A DNA stretch of 64,000 nt from Oscillospiraceae bacterium (GTDB lineage: Bacteria; Bacillota; Clostridia; Oscillospirales; Oscillospiraceae). The notes beneath the pieces are model-generated. The model saw only the letters and a program-made list of their open reading frames with translations, was not told the DNA's origin and made no database searches. The first letter of the stretch is position 1; each line of letters begins with the position of its first letter. Shown in pieces: positions 18,080 through 26,407 of the stretch. A program made the translations under genes and the position numbers. Location of the stretch: assembly GCA_015068135.1 (NCBI GenBank), contig SVLB01000002.1:16632-80631 (forward strand). The letters are read 5' to 3'.

Positions 18080-18622
18080 TTATGGGTGCTGGGAAGCGGC
18101 TGTTGCCTGCGCGATCTCCGCTTCTGTTGCCGGGGTGGTCCATTTGCCGAATACCTGGGAGGCCATGGAGGGGATATAGCCCATATCCTTGTAGCCAAGC
18201 TTTTTCAGTAAGGCCATGCTGGGTGTGTTTTCCGGTTCTGTAAAGCTGATGAAATCCCACTCCGGGTATTGCGTATGGAGCATATGGATAAGCCCGGTCA
18301 ATGCTTCAAAGGCATAGCCTTTCCGATGGTGTTTGTAGGAAAAGGTGTAGCCTAAGCTGATGGTGCCGTCTTCCGGCATGACCACGATCTCTCCCACCAG
18401 CGCATCGGTGTCCTTCAATGCCACAGCCACCAGAAAGGGCGCATCAACGGATATGCGGTCATTCTTGCGGTGCTCCACCAGGGCGACAATTCCGTCATAG
18501 TCCTTTGTCTGGCCGCGCTGATAGCGGGCACAGATCTCATTATTGCGATAATCGTACATAATGTCTGCATCCTTCCCGGCAACATTGCGAAGGATTAGAC
18601 GGTCTGTTTCAAGAAATCTCAT
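18080..18622 (-). CDS. GNAT N-acetyltransferase (RimJ/RimL type)
   Basis: LETDRLILR, HRKGYAFEA, NTPSMALLKKLGY. Confidence 0.9.
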   Translation of the reverse strand: MRFLETDRLILRNVAGKDADIMYDYRNNEICARYQRGQTKDYDGIVALVEHRKNDRISVDAPFLVAVALKDTDALVGEIVVMPEDGTISLGYTFSYKHHRKGYAFEALTGLIHMLHTQYPEWDFISFTEPENTPSMALLKKLGYKDMGYIPSMASQVFGKWTTPATEAEIAQATAASQHP

Positions 18623-19478
18623 GGTTGATCCTTTCCAAAATCTCTTGCTCTGTGAGTTTCATACCCAACTCCAAAGCCGCTGATTTCCAGGCTTCTTCGT
18701 TAGCGAAGTCGCCGGTTTTCTCGACAGTGCTAAGAAGCTTCAGCACCCATTCATCGCCGGTGATGATATCGTAAAGAATACCAATCGCCCAGTATTTTGC
18801 GTACTCCACAAGACCACTGGCAAATTGGGAGCGAATAGCATCTGCCATATCGTAAGGCACTTCCCGGAACTGACAAGAAATACTGCCATTTGCAATATCC
18901 AACAGTGCGTATTTCGGGTGTGGTGTGCCGCCTTGGGGGATGCCTACCGAACCGGGATTGATGATTGTTTTGCCTGCATTTTGCTGGATGTACTGCTTGT
19001 GGCTGTGACCGGTTAGTAAATAATCGCACTTCATCTGCGGAAAGATATCAGCAGTGTGACCGTCATTGCTGTCAAAATAGTACCTATCATTATCCATGGC
19101 TGCGTGGGCGATTTCCATGTGGACACCCTCAATTTCAATGGTGTCAGAAATTTTGAGTCCTCGGATAAAGTCCAGATCTTTCTTCCGTAAATGCTCGTAT
19201 GTAAACAAGAGTGAACCGGTCTTTGAACCACGGATGAAGCTGCTTCTGCCACTTTCGCAATCCAGCATATATCCCTCCCGGTTGCCACGCAGGCAAATAG
19301 TGGGATACTTAGACCCAATCTCATACACAAGATCCATGGTTCTCTGCGCTTCAGAAAGATCAGAAACATAATCACCCAAGAAAATAAACATTTCTGCTCC
19401 ACACTTTATGGCATCCTCATAACAAGCCTTAAACGCATAGTAATTGGAGTGTATATCGGATAATACCGCAACTTTCAT
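18609..19478 (-). CDS. Calcineurin-like metallophosphoesterase (YfcE type)
   Basis: SDIHSN, LGDYV, RGNRE, GHSH, NPGSVG; GGAGG RBS. Confidence 0.9.
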   Translation of the reverse strand: MKVAVLSDIHSNYYAFKACYEDAIKCGAEMFIFLGDYVSDLSEAQRTMDLVYEIGSKYPTICLRGNREGYMLDCESGRSSFIRGSKTGSLLFTYEHLRKKDLDFIRGLKISDTIEIEGVHMEIAHAAMDNDRYYFDSNDGHTADIFPQMKCDYLLTGHSHKQYIQQNAGKTIINPGSVGIPQGGTPHPKYALLDIANGSISCQFREVPYDMADAIRSQFASGLVEYAKYWAIGILYDIITGDEWVLKLLSTVEKTGDFANEEAWKSAALELGMKLTEQEILERINHEIS

Positions 19479-19488
19479 ATTGTCCTCC

Positions 19489-19525
19489 AAAATAGAAAAA
19501 CGGCACAGACCGATGCCTGCACCGT
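19489..19525 (-). terminator. Leader (attenuator-like) terminator just before the metallophosphoesterase RBS
   Basis: Minus strand ACGGTGCAGGC-ATCG-GTCTGTGCCGT-TTTTCTATTTT; stem includes G-U pairs. Confidence 0.55.
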
Positions 19526-19549
19526 AATAGATATACGATCGCCCGTTGA

Positions 19550-19615
19550 TCAACGGGTAATGGTATCAGGAGCAAGGCAAGTCACATCACAACGAATAAC
19601 ATCATAATACTGCAT
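19550..19615 (-). CDS. Putative leader peptide MQYYDVIRCDVTCLAPDTITR (21 aa)
   Basis: GAAAGGAG RBS, ATG at 19615, TGA at 19550-19552; lies between a consensus promoter and a terminator. Confidence 0.55.
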   Translation of the reverse strand: MQYYDVIRCDVTCLAPDTITR

Positions 19616-19647
19616 GGATCTTGCTCCTTTCTTAAAAAACTGGACTT

Positions 19648-19676
19648 ATTATAATACTGTTGTACGGGTTTGTCAA
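19648..19676 (-). promoter_or_regulatory. SigA promoter of the accessory four-gene operon
   Basis: Minus strand perfect TTGACA-N17-TATAAT. Confidence 0.85.
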
Positions 19677-19767
19677 ATTTTTCGTGATCTATAAATCTAT
19701 CACAAATCATGATATGCAAAACGTATGCTATGTCTTCAAACATTTTGTTTCCGATGTGTACTTGACA

Positions 19768-19855
19768 GAGGACGGCGGTCCCTACAACGCATCGAAATGA
19801 CATTTTCATAGTAATGACATTCCTTCGGTCCGGCGGAGTCATGACTCCGCCCTAC
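19768..19855. repeat. Two GTAG-family REP-like sequences
   Basis: GAGGACGGCGGTCCCTAC (19768-19785) and GGCGGAGTCATGACTCCGCCCTAC (19832-19855), both ending in CTAC (GTAG on the minus strand). Confidence 0.55.
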
Positions 19856-19862
19856 GAAAGCG

Positions 19863-19896
19863 TTACCGCACATGGCATTTCTGCCATGTGCGGTAA
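19863..19896 (-). terminator. Terminator hairpin after the 1798-aa gene
   Basis: TTACCGCACATGGCA-TTTC-TGCCATGTGCGGTAA perfect stem. Confidence 0.65.
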
Positions 19897-19906
19897 TTTT
19901 CATTTA

Positions 19907-22900
19907 TCATTGATCATTAACCAGTGCCTCAATACCCCAGGTTTTCAGGATATCCTGATAGGGCTGGCACATGGCCTTTACGGCTGCGATCTGGGTTGCG
20001 GTGAACTCGTCCAGACTGCCGCTGATCCGGGTGAGCATATCCTTCATAGAATAGCTGACAGGATCGGTCTCGATCTTTGTGCCGTCCAGCAATTCCATAA
20101 ATACTGTGGCATTGACCGCCTTGTCACCGAAGCCGGGAATGTCGAAGTTCCGCAGGACCAGGGAGTATTCCTTGCCGGTATCCAGTTCGGAGGCCTCCAG
20201 GGACTTGATCACAGGGTAATGTCCCGTAAGGTTCAGGCTGAAGCCAAAGTTTTTCAGCTGGGACACGACCGCCCCATCGCCACGGAACCGGGCCTTATAA
20301 CCAAAGCCCGTATCGCCGGTACGCAGGGTAAGCTTGGTGATACCCAGGTAGAACCGGTGCGCAGTGTAGCCGGTTTCGTCCGCGATCACCATGTACCGCT
20401 TCACAGCGCCCATGGTCTCGGCATCCCCCTTGATCTGTGTGGGGAGGTTACAGCTGACGGCACCGGTGATCCGGCCCTTGGGGGCAGTAAATTCGTCGGA
20501 GCTGGTATCGTAGCAGTAGAGCGTTCCGTTTCCGGTAATATCACCGGTGAGGGTAAAGCCGCTCAGGTTCAGCCACAGATCGGTGTCATTGGCAAAGCTC
20601 TCTTCCCTGCTTGCCAGCAGTGTCAGGGTCGTCTCATTGGCCGCCAGGGCCTGGGCGATGCCGGTATAGCGATTACCACCGGCCAGGATCAAACCGTTTA
20701 CAAGGAGATCACCATTGCTCCAGGTGACATCCAGGGTATCAGAGGTAAAGCAGTCGCTCTTATCGGTGGTGGAAGTACCGATCTTGCCGATAAAGTTGGT
20801 ATTCAGGGAAATGGGTGCGGTGGGGGCAAAGCTGTCTGCCTGGACAGTGGCCTTATTCAGCAGATACAGATCTGCGCAGGTGGAGTCCAGGATAGCATCG
20901 CCCTGGAGGATCACCGTACCGCAGCTTGCGTACACGGCATAAGCATCCGTATCCTGAGGATCGGTGCAGGACACCTGAATATCCTTCAGAGTCAGGGTAA
21001 TGGGTGCGGTGCAATTCTGATCTGTCAGGGAGATCACACCCATACGGGTATCGATTTCGGAATCGTCAAAGGTACAGTTTTCGATGAGGATCTCGGCACC
21101 CTTATTGTTAGCCCAAAGGGCCACAGAGGAGCCGGCAGTGGAAGCCGTGTTTTGGAAGAAAGTGCAGTTTTTCAGCTCTGTATAGCTTGCGCCCTGCCCG
21201 CCATTGTCACGGATACCCACAACACCGCCTCTAAAGCCGCTGCCGCCGGATACGGTACAGCCGTCCATACGAAGAGTACCTCTGTTGTAGCAGTTGCCGC
21301 CAAAGCCCTCGCTGCCGTTTCGGCCCAGGGATGCGCCGTTTTCCATGACCACATCGGTAAGCTCCGCAGCGGAATAGGAAGAAACAAGCAGGTTACCGGC
21401 ATTGCCAACGGTGGTCTTGTTATCGGTTGCTGTCAGTGTGCCGTCGGACTTTCGGGAGTAAACAAAGCCTGCATACCCGTTTTTAACGGAACCGCCGGTC
21501 ATAACCAGCTTGGTACCGCTGTTCGAAGCAGAGCCGTAAACATAGACGTTACCGCCTTCACGTCCACATCCGCCCAGGATATCGGTATCGGTCACGGTTG
21601 CCTGGCAGGCACCGGTAACATACAGGTTACCGCCCCAGTTCTTGGTCCAGCCGTTGGTAACCTCACAATTCGAAAGTGTGGCTGTTCCGCCGGACAAATA
21701 CAGATTACCGCCGCAATCTACTGTTGCCGTACCCCCCAGGATCCGGGTATTGGCAACCGTCAGGACGCCACCGCCGGTGGCAAACAGATTGCCGCCATTG
21801 CCAGCTGTGCCATCGGTAATACACGCATTTTCAATCGTCACGGTAGCCTTGCCGTCTATGGAAATATTGCCGCCCTTATCCTTGGCGATACCCTTTTCAA
21901 TCGTACCGCCCAGGATCTTCAGGGTATTTCCGGAGAGGGATTTCAGATTGCCGCCATTGGTATTGGCCGCCTCACCGCCGGTGATCAGGCCGTCATACAT
22001 ATACATCTGACCATGGCCCAAATAGACATTACCGGCAGTCTTGGCATAGCCATCCCGGATGGTGCCGCCGTACATATAGAATTTCGCATCCTTATTGCCG
22101 GCATTATTGCCGATCTGCACCACACCGGCCTGGTTTGCCACGATCTGGGTACGGTTGGTGGCAGAGGTCACATTGCCGCCGGTGAGGGTTCCGCCGTAGA
22201 GATGGAACTGGGGAGCGCCCAGGACCTTAGCATAGGAGTTATAGTTCAGGGCATATACGCAGGAGGCTTCGGCGTTATCCGTACCGATCCGTACACCGAC
22301 GGCCTTGCCGTCCTGGGCCTCACTGGAATCGCAGACGGTCAGTGTGCCGTACACCCGGAACAAGGAGCCACTGGCTGCAGAATGGGTGAGGGTATAGCCG
22401 TTCAGGTCGATATGCAGGGTATACCCCACAGAAATCTCGATCTCGTTGGTCAGGTTCACATTGCTGCACAGATACAGCCATACTTCCTTGCTCTTAAGGT
22501 AATACCGCGCAGTGCTGGTTTGCCCCTGCGTGGTGCTGGTGGTGGTAAAACGATTGGTTTGGTTGGTCTGATTCAAAGAGGTCCAGGTGGCATCCTTGCA
22601 CACATGACCGGACAGCTTCTTAATATCCTCGGAAAGCTGGCCGCCGCATTCACAATAGGTATTGTCCCTGGTGAATTTCATGACAAGGCTTGCATCCGGC
22701 TGGGTCATGGTCAGACCGTGGACGCCCACAAAGGAAGCCGCCTCATTTGCATCGGTCAAATGGATCTTGGTATAGTTATCCACAGAGCCGGCAACACGGA
22801 TGGGCGTTTCCATTTGCAGGCCTGCCTCGCCTACATACAGATGGTCGCAGTAATGGAGGAAAATATCCGCTTCGTCATTGTCTTCAAAAACAGGACTTCC

Positions 22901-25303
22901 GGAAATATAGGTCTGACTGCTCTGGGTCCAGATAGCACCCATATTGCAGCGGGAGCCACGGAAGGTACCGCCATAGATATAGCAGACACCGTTGCTGCCG
23001 ATGATACCGCCGCCGCCCTTGGCGCCATCCTCCGCAGGTACCGGACGGGCACCTACAAATTCACCGCCATAGATCTTCAGTGTAGATTTGGTATTGACAA
23101 TGTAAATACAGGCACCGGCTCCCATGCCGGTGGGAGAACCATCGGTGCAGTTGAGGTTCGTGCCCACAAATTTACCGGCATAGATACTCACTGCACCCGA
23201 CAGCTTATCATTGCCGTCGTGGTCGCCGTCGTTATCTATATCCACATCGTACATACCCATATCGTTGGCAACACCGATCAGGCCTGCAAATTCCCGCTTG
23301 GGGGCCTCTGCCGCCGTATAGGTACCGCCGTAGATCTTCACATCCGCGCCGGAATAGGTGTAAAGGATGGGGGCAGCGCTGGTGGTATTGGCATAGACAC
23401 TGCCGGTGCCGTGCTCAGAGCAGTCGCAGATGTTCAGATTGCCGTTGGGCTTGAAGGTACGTACTGTACTGGTGATCTTATAGCCGTTAAGGCAGATGTT
23501 TACAGTCTCCCCGGGGGCAACGGTGATGCTGTTGGCACCCAGGTTGTAGTCCCCGTCCAGGAAATAATTACCGGAACGCAGAACATAGTACTCAGACAAG
23601 CTGTTGAACTTCATATTTGTGGCATCATAGGAGTTGTACCGGTAGCAGGTATAGCTGTCCCGGGTCAGGGGTACATAGGTCAAAGGTGCGCTGCAGGTAT
23701 GATGCTCGGCAGCTACGCCGGTAAGGGTTCCGCCGCACTCACAGTGGGTATGGGCAGGAAGAATCGTAATATTCACCGTTTGCAGGGTCTTACTTCCCTG
23801 CTTGACCGTCAGGGTTGCGGTACCGGCAGAATTGGCCTTTACCGCAAGGGGCCAGGTCAGCTCCGCATTGCCGGTGACCTCGTAGGTCAGATTGCTCACC
23901 GTAACCGGCTTTACAACGGGGGTGATCTGAAGCATCTGCCCCGCATAAAGCTTTACATTCTCTCCGACCAGCTGGGAATTATAGGTTTCCAGGCGCAGGG
24001 AGGTCACTTCTGCCTCCCCTGCCCCATTTTTGAAATACGCAGATAGATTCTTACCCATATCCAGGCCGATGGCATTATAGCCTACCTGGCTGTAGTGGGT
24101 GGTGTCGTCCTTGCAGAACAGGCTCTGGTCACTGGTACCGCCCTTGTCGGTATGGTACTTGCTGACAGGCATATAAGGCGCCACACTTTGGGTAGTATAG
24201 TCGATCTGGGGGAAGGTGGAAAGATCGGCGCACCAATCCAAAGTCCCGGCAGAGGCGACCACATGCTGACCGAACTGACCGTTGGTGCCCATGTACCAGG
24301 CAGCGGGGCGGTCGTAGAGATTGCCTCCATTGGCCCAGCACACTGTAAAGGACATCACATCCAGGCCGTCGTTTGTGCCGTCCCCGTCAATATCCACAGT
24401 GGTCAGATCCTTCTCATAGGCATTCCAAAGGGTCTCATAGTTATCCTTCAGGGTCTCTATGCTCCAGTTATTGTACCAGGTGAAGTTATAACCGGGGAAA
24501 TTCAGAATGCCCTGATGAGCCAGGGTATAATGCCCTGCCGCCTGCTCATTCTTCAGAATGGTCTGGGCATACGTAAACTTGGATACGGTCTGTCCGTAAT
24601 AATTCGTATCGTAAGCGGTATTATGACCGGTGGTGCCGGGCAGCCACTCGTTAAGGCAGGAGCCGCCGACGGCGATATTGATCACCCACACCTTTTCTCC
24701 GGTGAGCTGATTCCAGCGGTAGGCAAAGCCACTGCCAGCGCCGGTATTGCCGCCTTCACCGGGCGCAAAGGCATCCAGCTGTCCGTAGCTGTCCCAGCGC
24801 ATAATGCCGGAGTTGCCTACCCGGTTTTCACTGCCCCAACCCAGGCCGTAGCCATCCACCTTGGTCACATCCAGGCTCTTCTGATGATAGGAGCTGTAGG
24901 CCTGACCGGCCTCCACCACCACAGACTGGGTGCCGTTGCCCTCCTGACCGGCGCCGATAGAGTGACCGGTGATCATAAACAGAGAAATGGGCGCAGGATT
25001 TACCTTGACGGTATAGGAGGTCTGACCTACCGTCAGGGTGGCTGTGCCGGTACCCACGGCATAGACGGTGCCGTCCTGAACGATCAGAACATGGTCGTCT
25101 TTTTCCTGAGAACCGACCTTATAGGAAGTGACTTCTTCATTGGTAACAGATACCGTGCCTGTGGCATCTGTCAGCTGGGATAGGGGTTTTCTGTCGTCAT
25201 ACAAAAGGGTAATGTCCGCTTCCTCCGCCGCCACGGATACCGCGGCAAGGCCCAGAACCAGCAGTATGACTGTCAGAAAGATTGCTAAAAACCGTTTGTG
25301 CAT
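19907..25303 (-). CDS. Large secreted multidomain protein: Ig-like/SGNH (CE6/SASA-like) esterase/Ig-like module, CECGG repeats, GG-N beta-helix repeats, C-terminal domain
   Basis: Signal peptide; LFMITGHS, AVGGSCLNEW, DTTH; two HTHCECGG/YCECGG units; many GGN(I/L/V)Y repeats; GGAGGT RBS. Confidence 0.75.
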   Translation of the reverse strand: MHKRFLAIFLTVILLVLGLAAVSVAAEEADITLLYDDRKPLSQLTDATGTVSVTNEEVTSYKVGSQEKDDHVLIVQDGTVYAVGTGTATLTVGQTSYTVKVNPAPISLFMITGHSIGAGQEGNGTQSVVVEAGQAYSSYHQKSLDVTKVDGYGLGWGSENRVGNSGIMRWDSYGQLDAFAPGEGGNTGAGSGFAYRWNQLTGEKVWVINIAVGGSCLNEWLPGTTGHNTAYDTNYYGQTVSKFTYAQTILKNEQAAGHYTLAHQGILNFPGYNFTWYNNWSIETLKDNYETLWNAYEKDLTTVDIDGDGTNDGLDVMSFTVCWANGGNLYDRPAAWYMGTNGQFGQHVVASAGTLDWCADLSTFPQIDYTTQSVAPYMPVSKYHTDKGGTSDQSLFCKDDTTHYSQVGYNAIGLDMGKNLSAYFKNGAGEAEVTSLRLETYNSQLVGENVKLYAGQMLQITPVVKPVTVSNLTYEVTGNAELTWPLAVKANSAGTATLTVKQGSKTLQTVNITILPAHTHCECGGTLTGVAAEHHTCSAPLTYVPLTRDSYTCYRYNSYDATNMKFNSLSEYYVLRSGNYFLDGDYNLGANSITVAPGETVNICLNGYKITSTVRTFKPNGNLNICDCSEHGTGSVYANTTSAAPILYTYSGADVKIYGGTYTAAEAPKREFAGLIGVANDMGMYDVDIDNDGDHDGNDKLSGAVSIYAGKFVGTNLNCTDGSPTGMGAGACIYIVNTKSTLKIYGGEFVGARPVPAEDGAKGGGGIIGSNGVCYIYGGTFRGSRCNMGAIWTQSSQTYISGSPVFEDNDEADIFLHYCDHLYVGEAGLQMETPIRVAGSVDNYTKIHLTDANEAASFVGVHGLTMTQPDASLVMKFTRDNTYCECGGQLSEDIKKLSGHVCKDATWTSLNQTNQTNRFTTTSTTQGQTSTARYYLKSKEVWLYLCSNVNLTNEIEISVGYTLHIDLNGYTLTHSAASGSLFRVYGTLTVCDSSEAQDGKAVGVRIGTDNAEASCVYALNYNSYAKVLGAPQFHLYGGTLTGGNVTSATNRTQIVANQAGVVQIGNNAGNKDAKFYMYGGTIRDGYAKTAGNVYLGHGQMYMYDGLITGGEAANTNGGNLKSLSGNTLKILGGTIEKGIAKDKGGNISIDGKATVTIENACITDGTAGNGGNLFATGGGVLTVANTRILGGTATVDCGGNLYLSGGTATLSNCEVTNGWTKNWGGNLYVTGACQATVTDTDILGGCGREGGNVYVYGSASNSGTKLVMTGGSVKNGYAGFVYSRKSDGTLTATDNKTTVGNAGNLLVSSYSAAELTDVVMENGASLGRNGSEGFGGNCYNRGTLRMDGCTVSGGSGFRGGVVGIRDNGGQGASYTELKNCTFFQNTASTAGSSVALWANNKGAEILIENCTFDDSEIDTRMGVISLTDQNCTAPITLTLKDIQVSCTDPQDTDAYAVYASCGTVILQGDAILDSTCADLYLLNKATVQADSFAPTAPISLNTNFIGKIGTSTTDKSDCFTSDTLDVTWSNGDLLVNGLILAGGNRYTGIAQALAANETTLTLLASREESFANDTDLWLNLSGFTLTGDITGNGTLYCYDTSSDEFTAPKGRITGAVSCNLPTQIKGDAETMGAVKRYMVIADETGYTAHRFYLGITKLTLRTGDTGFGYKARFRGDGAVVSQLKNFGFSLNLTGHYPVIKSLEASELDTGKEYSLVLRNFDIPGFGDKAVNATVFMELLDGTKIETDPVSYSMKDMLTRISGSLDEFTATQIAAVKAMCQPYQDILKTWGIEALVNDQ

Positions 25304-25497
25304 GATCTTTACCTCCTAATAAATCTTTCCAAATATTAGTATATAACATCTTTTCAGATATTTCCATAGTGATTTCGCGATATCTTCTTAAATTTTCCCG
25401 TAGATCAAAACCCGAAATGCAATGTTTATATTATTTTTCGCAAAATGATTGCATTTTCTATCAGAAGCTGTTATGATTATTTTCAGAGGTGATGTCC

Positions 25498-26337
25498 ATG
25501 TCAGATCCTGTCATTTTTGACTACAAAAGTCCCGGGGTCCAGGTGTTTTATTATATCACAGACGGTCCCGTGAAGCTGGTCCCTCACAGCCACAGACGCA
25601 TTGAGCTTTGGTGTCTGCTTCAGGGCAGAGCCTCCATGATGGTGGAGGGAACGGAATATCCCCTCTCCCCCGGAGACCTTGCGATCCTCCGACCGGGTGA
25701 GGTCCATACCCCCGTGGTGGACGACTCCGTCCCCTTTGGACGGGCCGGTGTGGTGTTTGATCCAGCGCTGTTCGATACCCTGTGTGAAAACGATTCTCTT
25801 TGGGAGCCCGCCTACAACCGGGAGCCGGGAACCCGGAATCTGTATCGGGCGCAAGACCTGGATCGGGATATTCGCTACTATTACAACCAAATGCGAAAGC
25901 CGGGAAAGGACCCCCGGCTGAATGTGATGCTCAATATCCTTCTGATCATGCGCCATATCCAAAGTGCTTATGCCCGTAAGGAGTTTAGTGAGGGCATAGC
26001 CGGAGAGCCTGCCCAAAAGATCCTGCAATATATCGGCTCCCATCTGAATGAGGAGCTGTCCCTGCAATCCATCTGTCAGGCCCTTTTCATCAGCAGTGCC
26101 CAGCTGGAACGGACGGTTAAAAAAGCCACCGGCGTTTCTGTCGGAAAGTACATTGCCGCCAAGCGGATGTCTTTGGCCCGGGACCTGATCCTGAACGGTC
26201 AGCGCCCTACCCAGATCTGTGCCGCCTGCGGCTACCCCAACTACGCCTCCTTCTTCCGGGCCTACACCAAGTATTTCGGTCACACCCCCAAGCAGGAGCT
26301 GTCCCTCACCCAATGGGAGGCCTTGGAGGCGCCATAA
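25498..26337 (+). CDS. AraC family transcriptional regulator (cupin + HTH)
   Basis: PHSHRRIEL cupin, PGEVH, C-terminal CGYPNYASFFRAYTKYFGHTP. Confidence 0.93.
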   Translation: MSDPVIFDYKSPGVQVFYYITDGPVKLVPHSHRRIELWCLLQGRASMMVEGTEYPLSPGDLAILRPGEVHTPVVDDSVPFGRAGVVFDPALFDTLCENDSLWEPAYNREPGTRNLYRAQDLDRDIRYYYNQMRKPGKDPRLNVMLNILLIMRHIQSAYARKEFSEGIAGEPAQKILQYIGSHLNEELSLQSICQALFISSAQLERTVKKATGVSVGKYIAAKRMSLARDLILNGQRPTQICAACGYPNYASFFRAYTKYFGHTPKQELSLTQWEALEAP

Positions 26338-26351
26338 ATACGTCCCATAAA

Positions 26352-26393
26352 AAACAGGCGCTGTCTCATTTTTCTTTGAGACAGCGCCTGTTT
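26352..26393. terminator. Bidirectional terminator
   Basis: AAACAGGCGCTGTCTCA / TGAGACAGCGCCTGTTT between convergent genes. Confidence 0.75.
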
Positions 26394-26407
26394 CGCAGAT
26401 GGCGCAT

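Noticed and set aside
19814-24046. 1410-aa ORF on the + strand
   Set aside because: Antisense shadow of the 1798-aa gene, with no motifs; long stop-free antisense frames are expected with biased, GC-rich codon usage.
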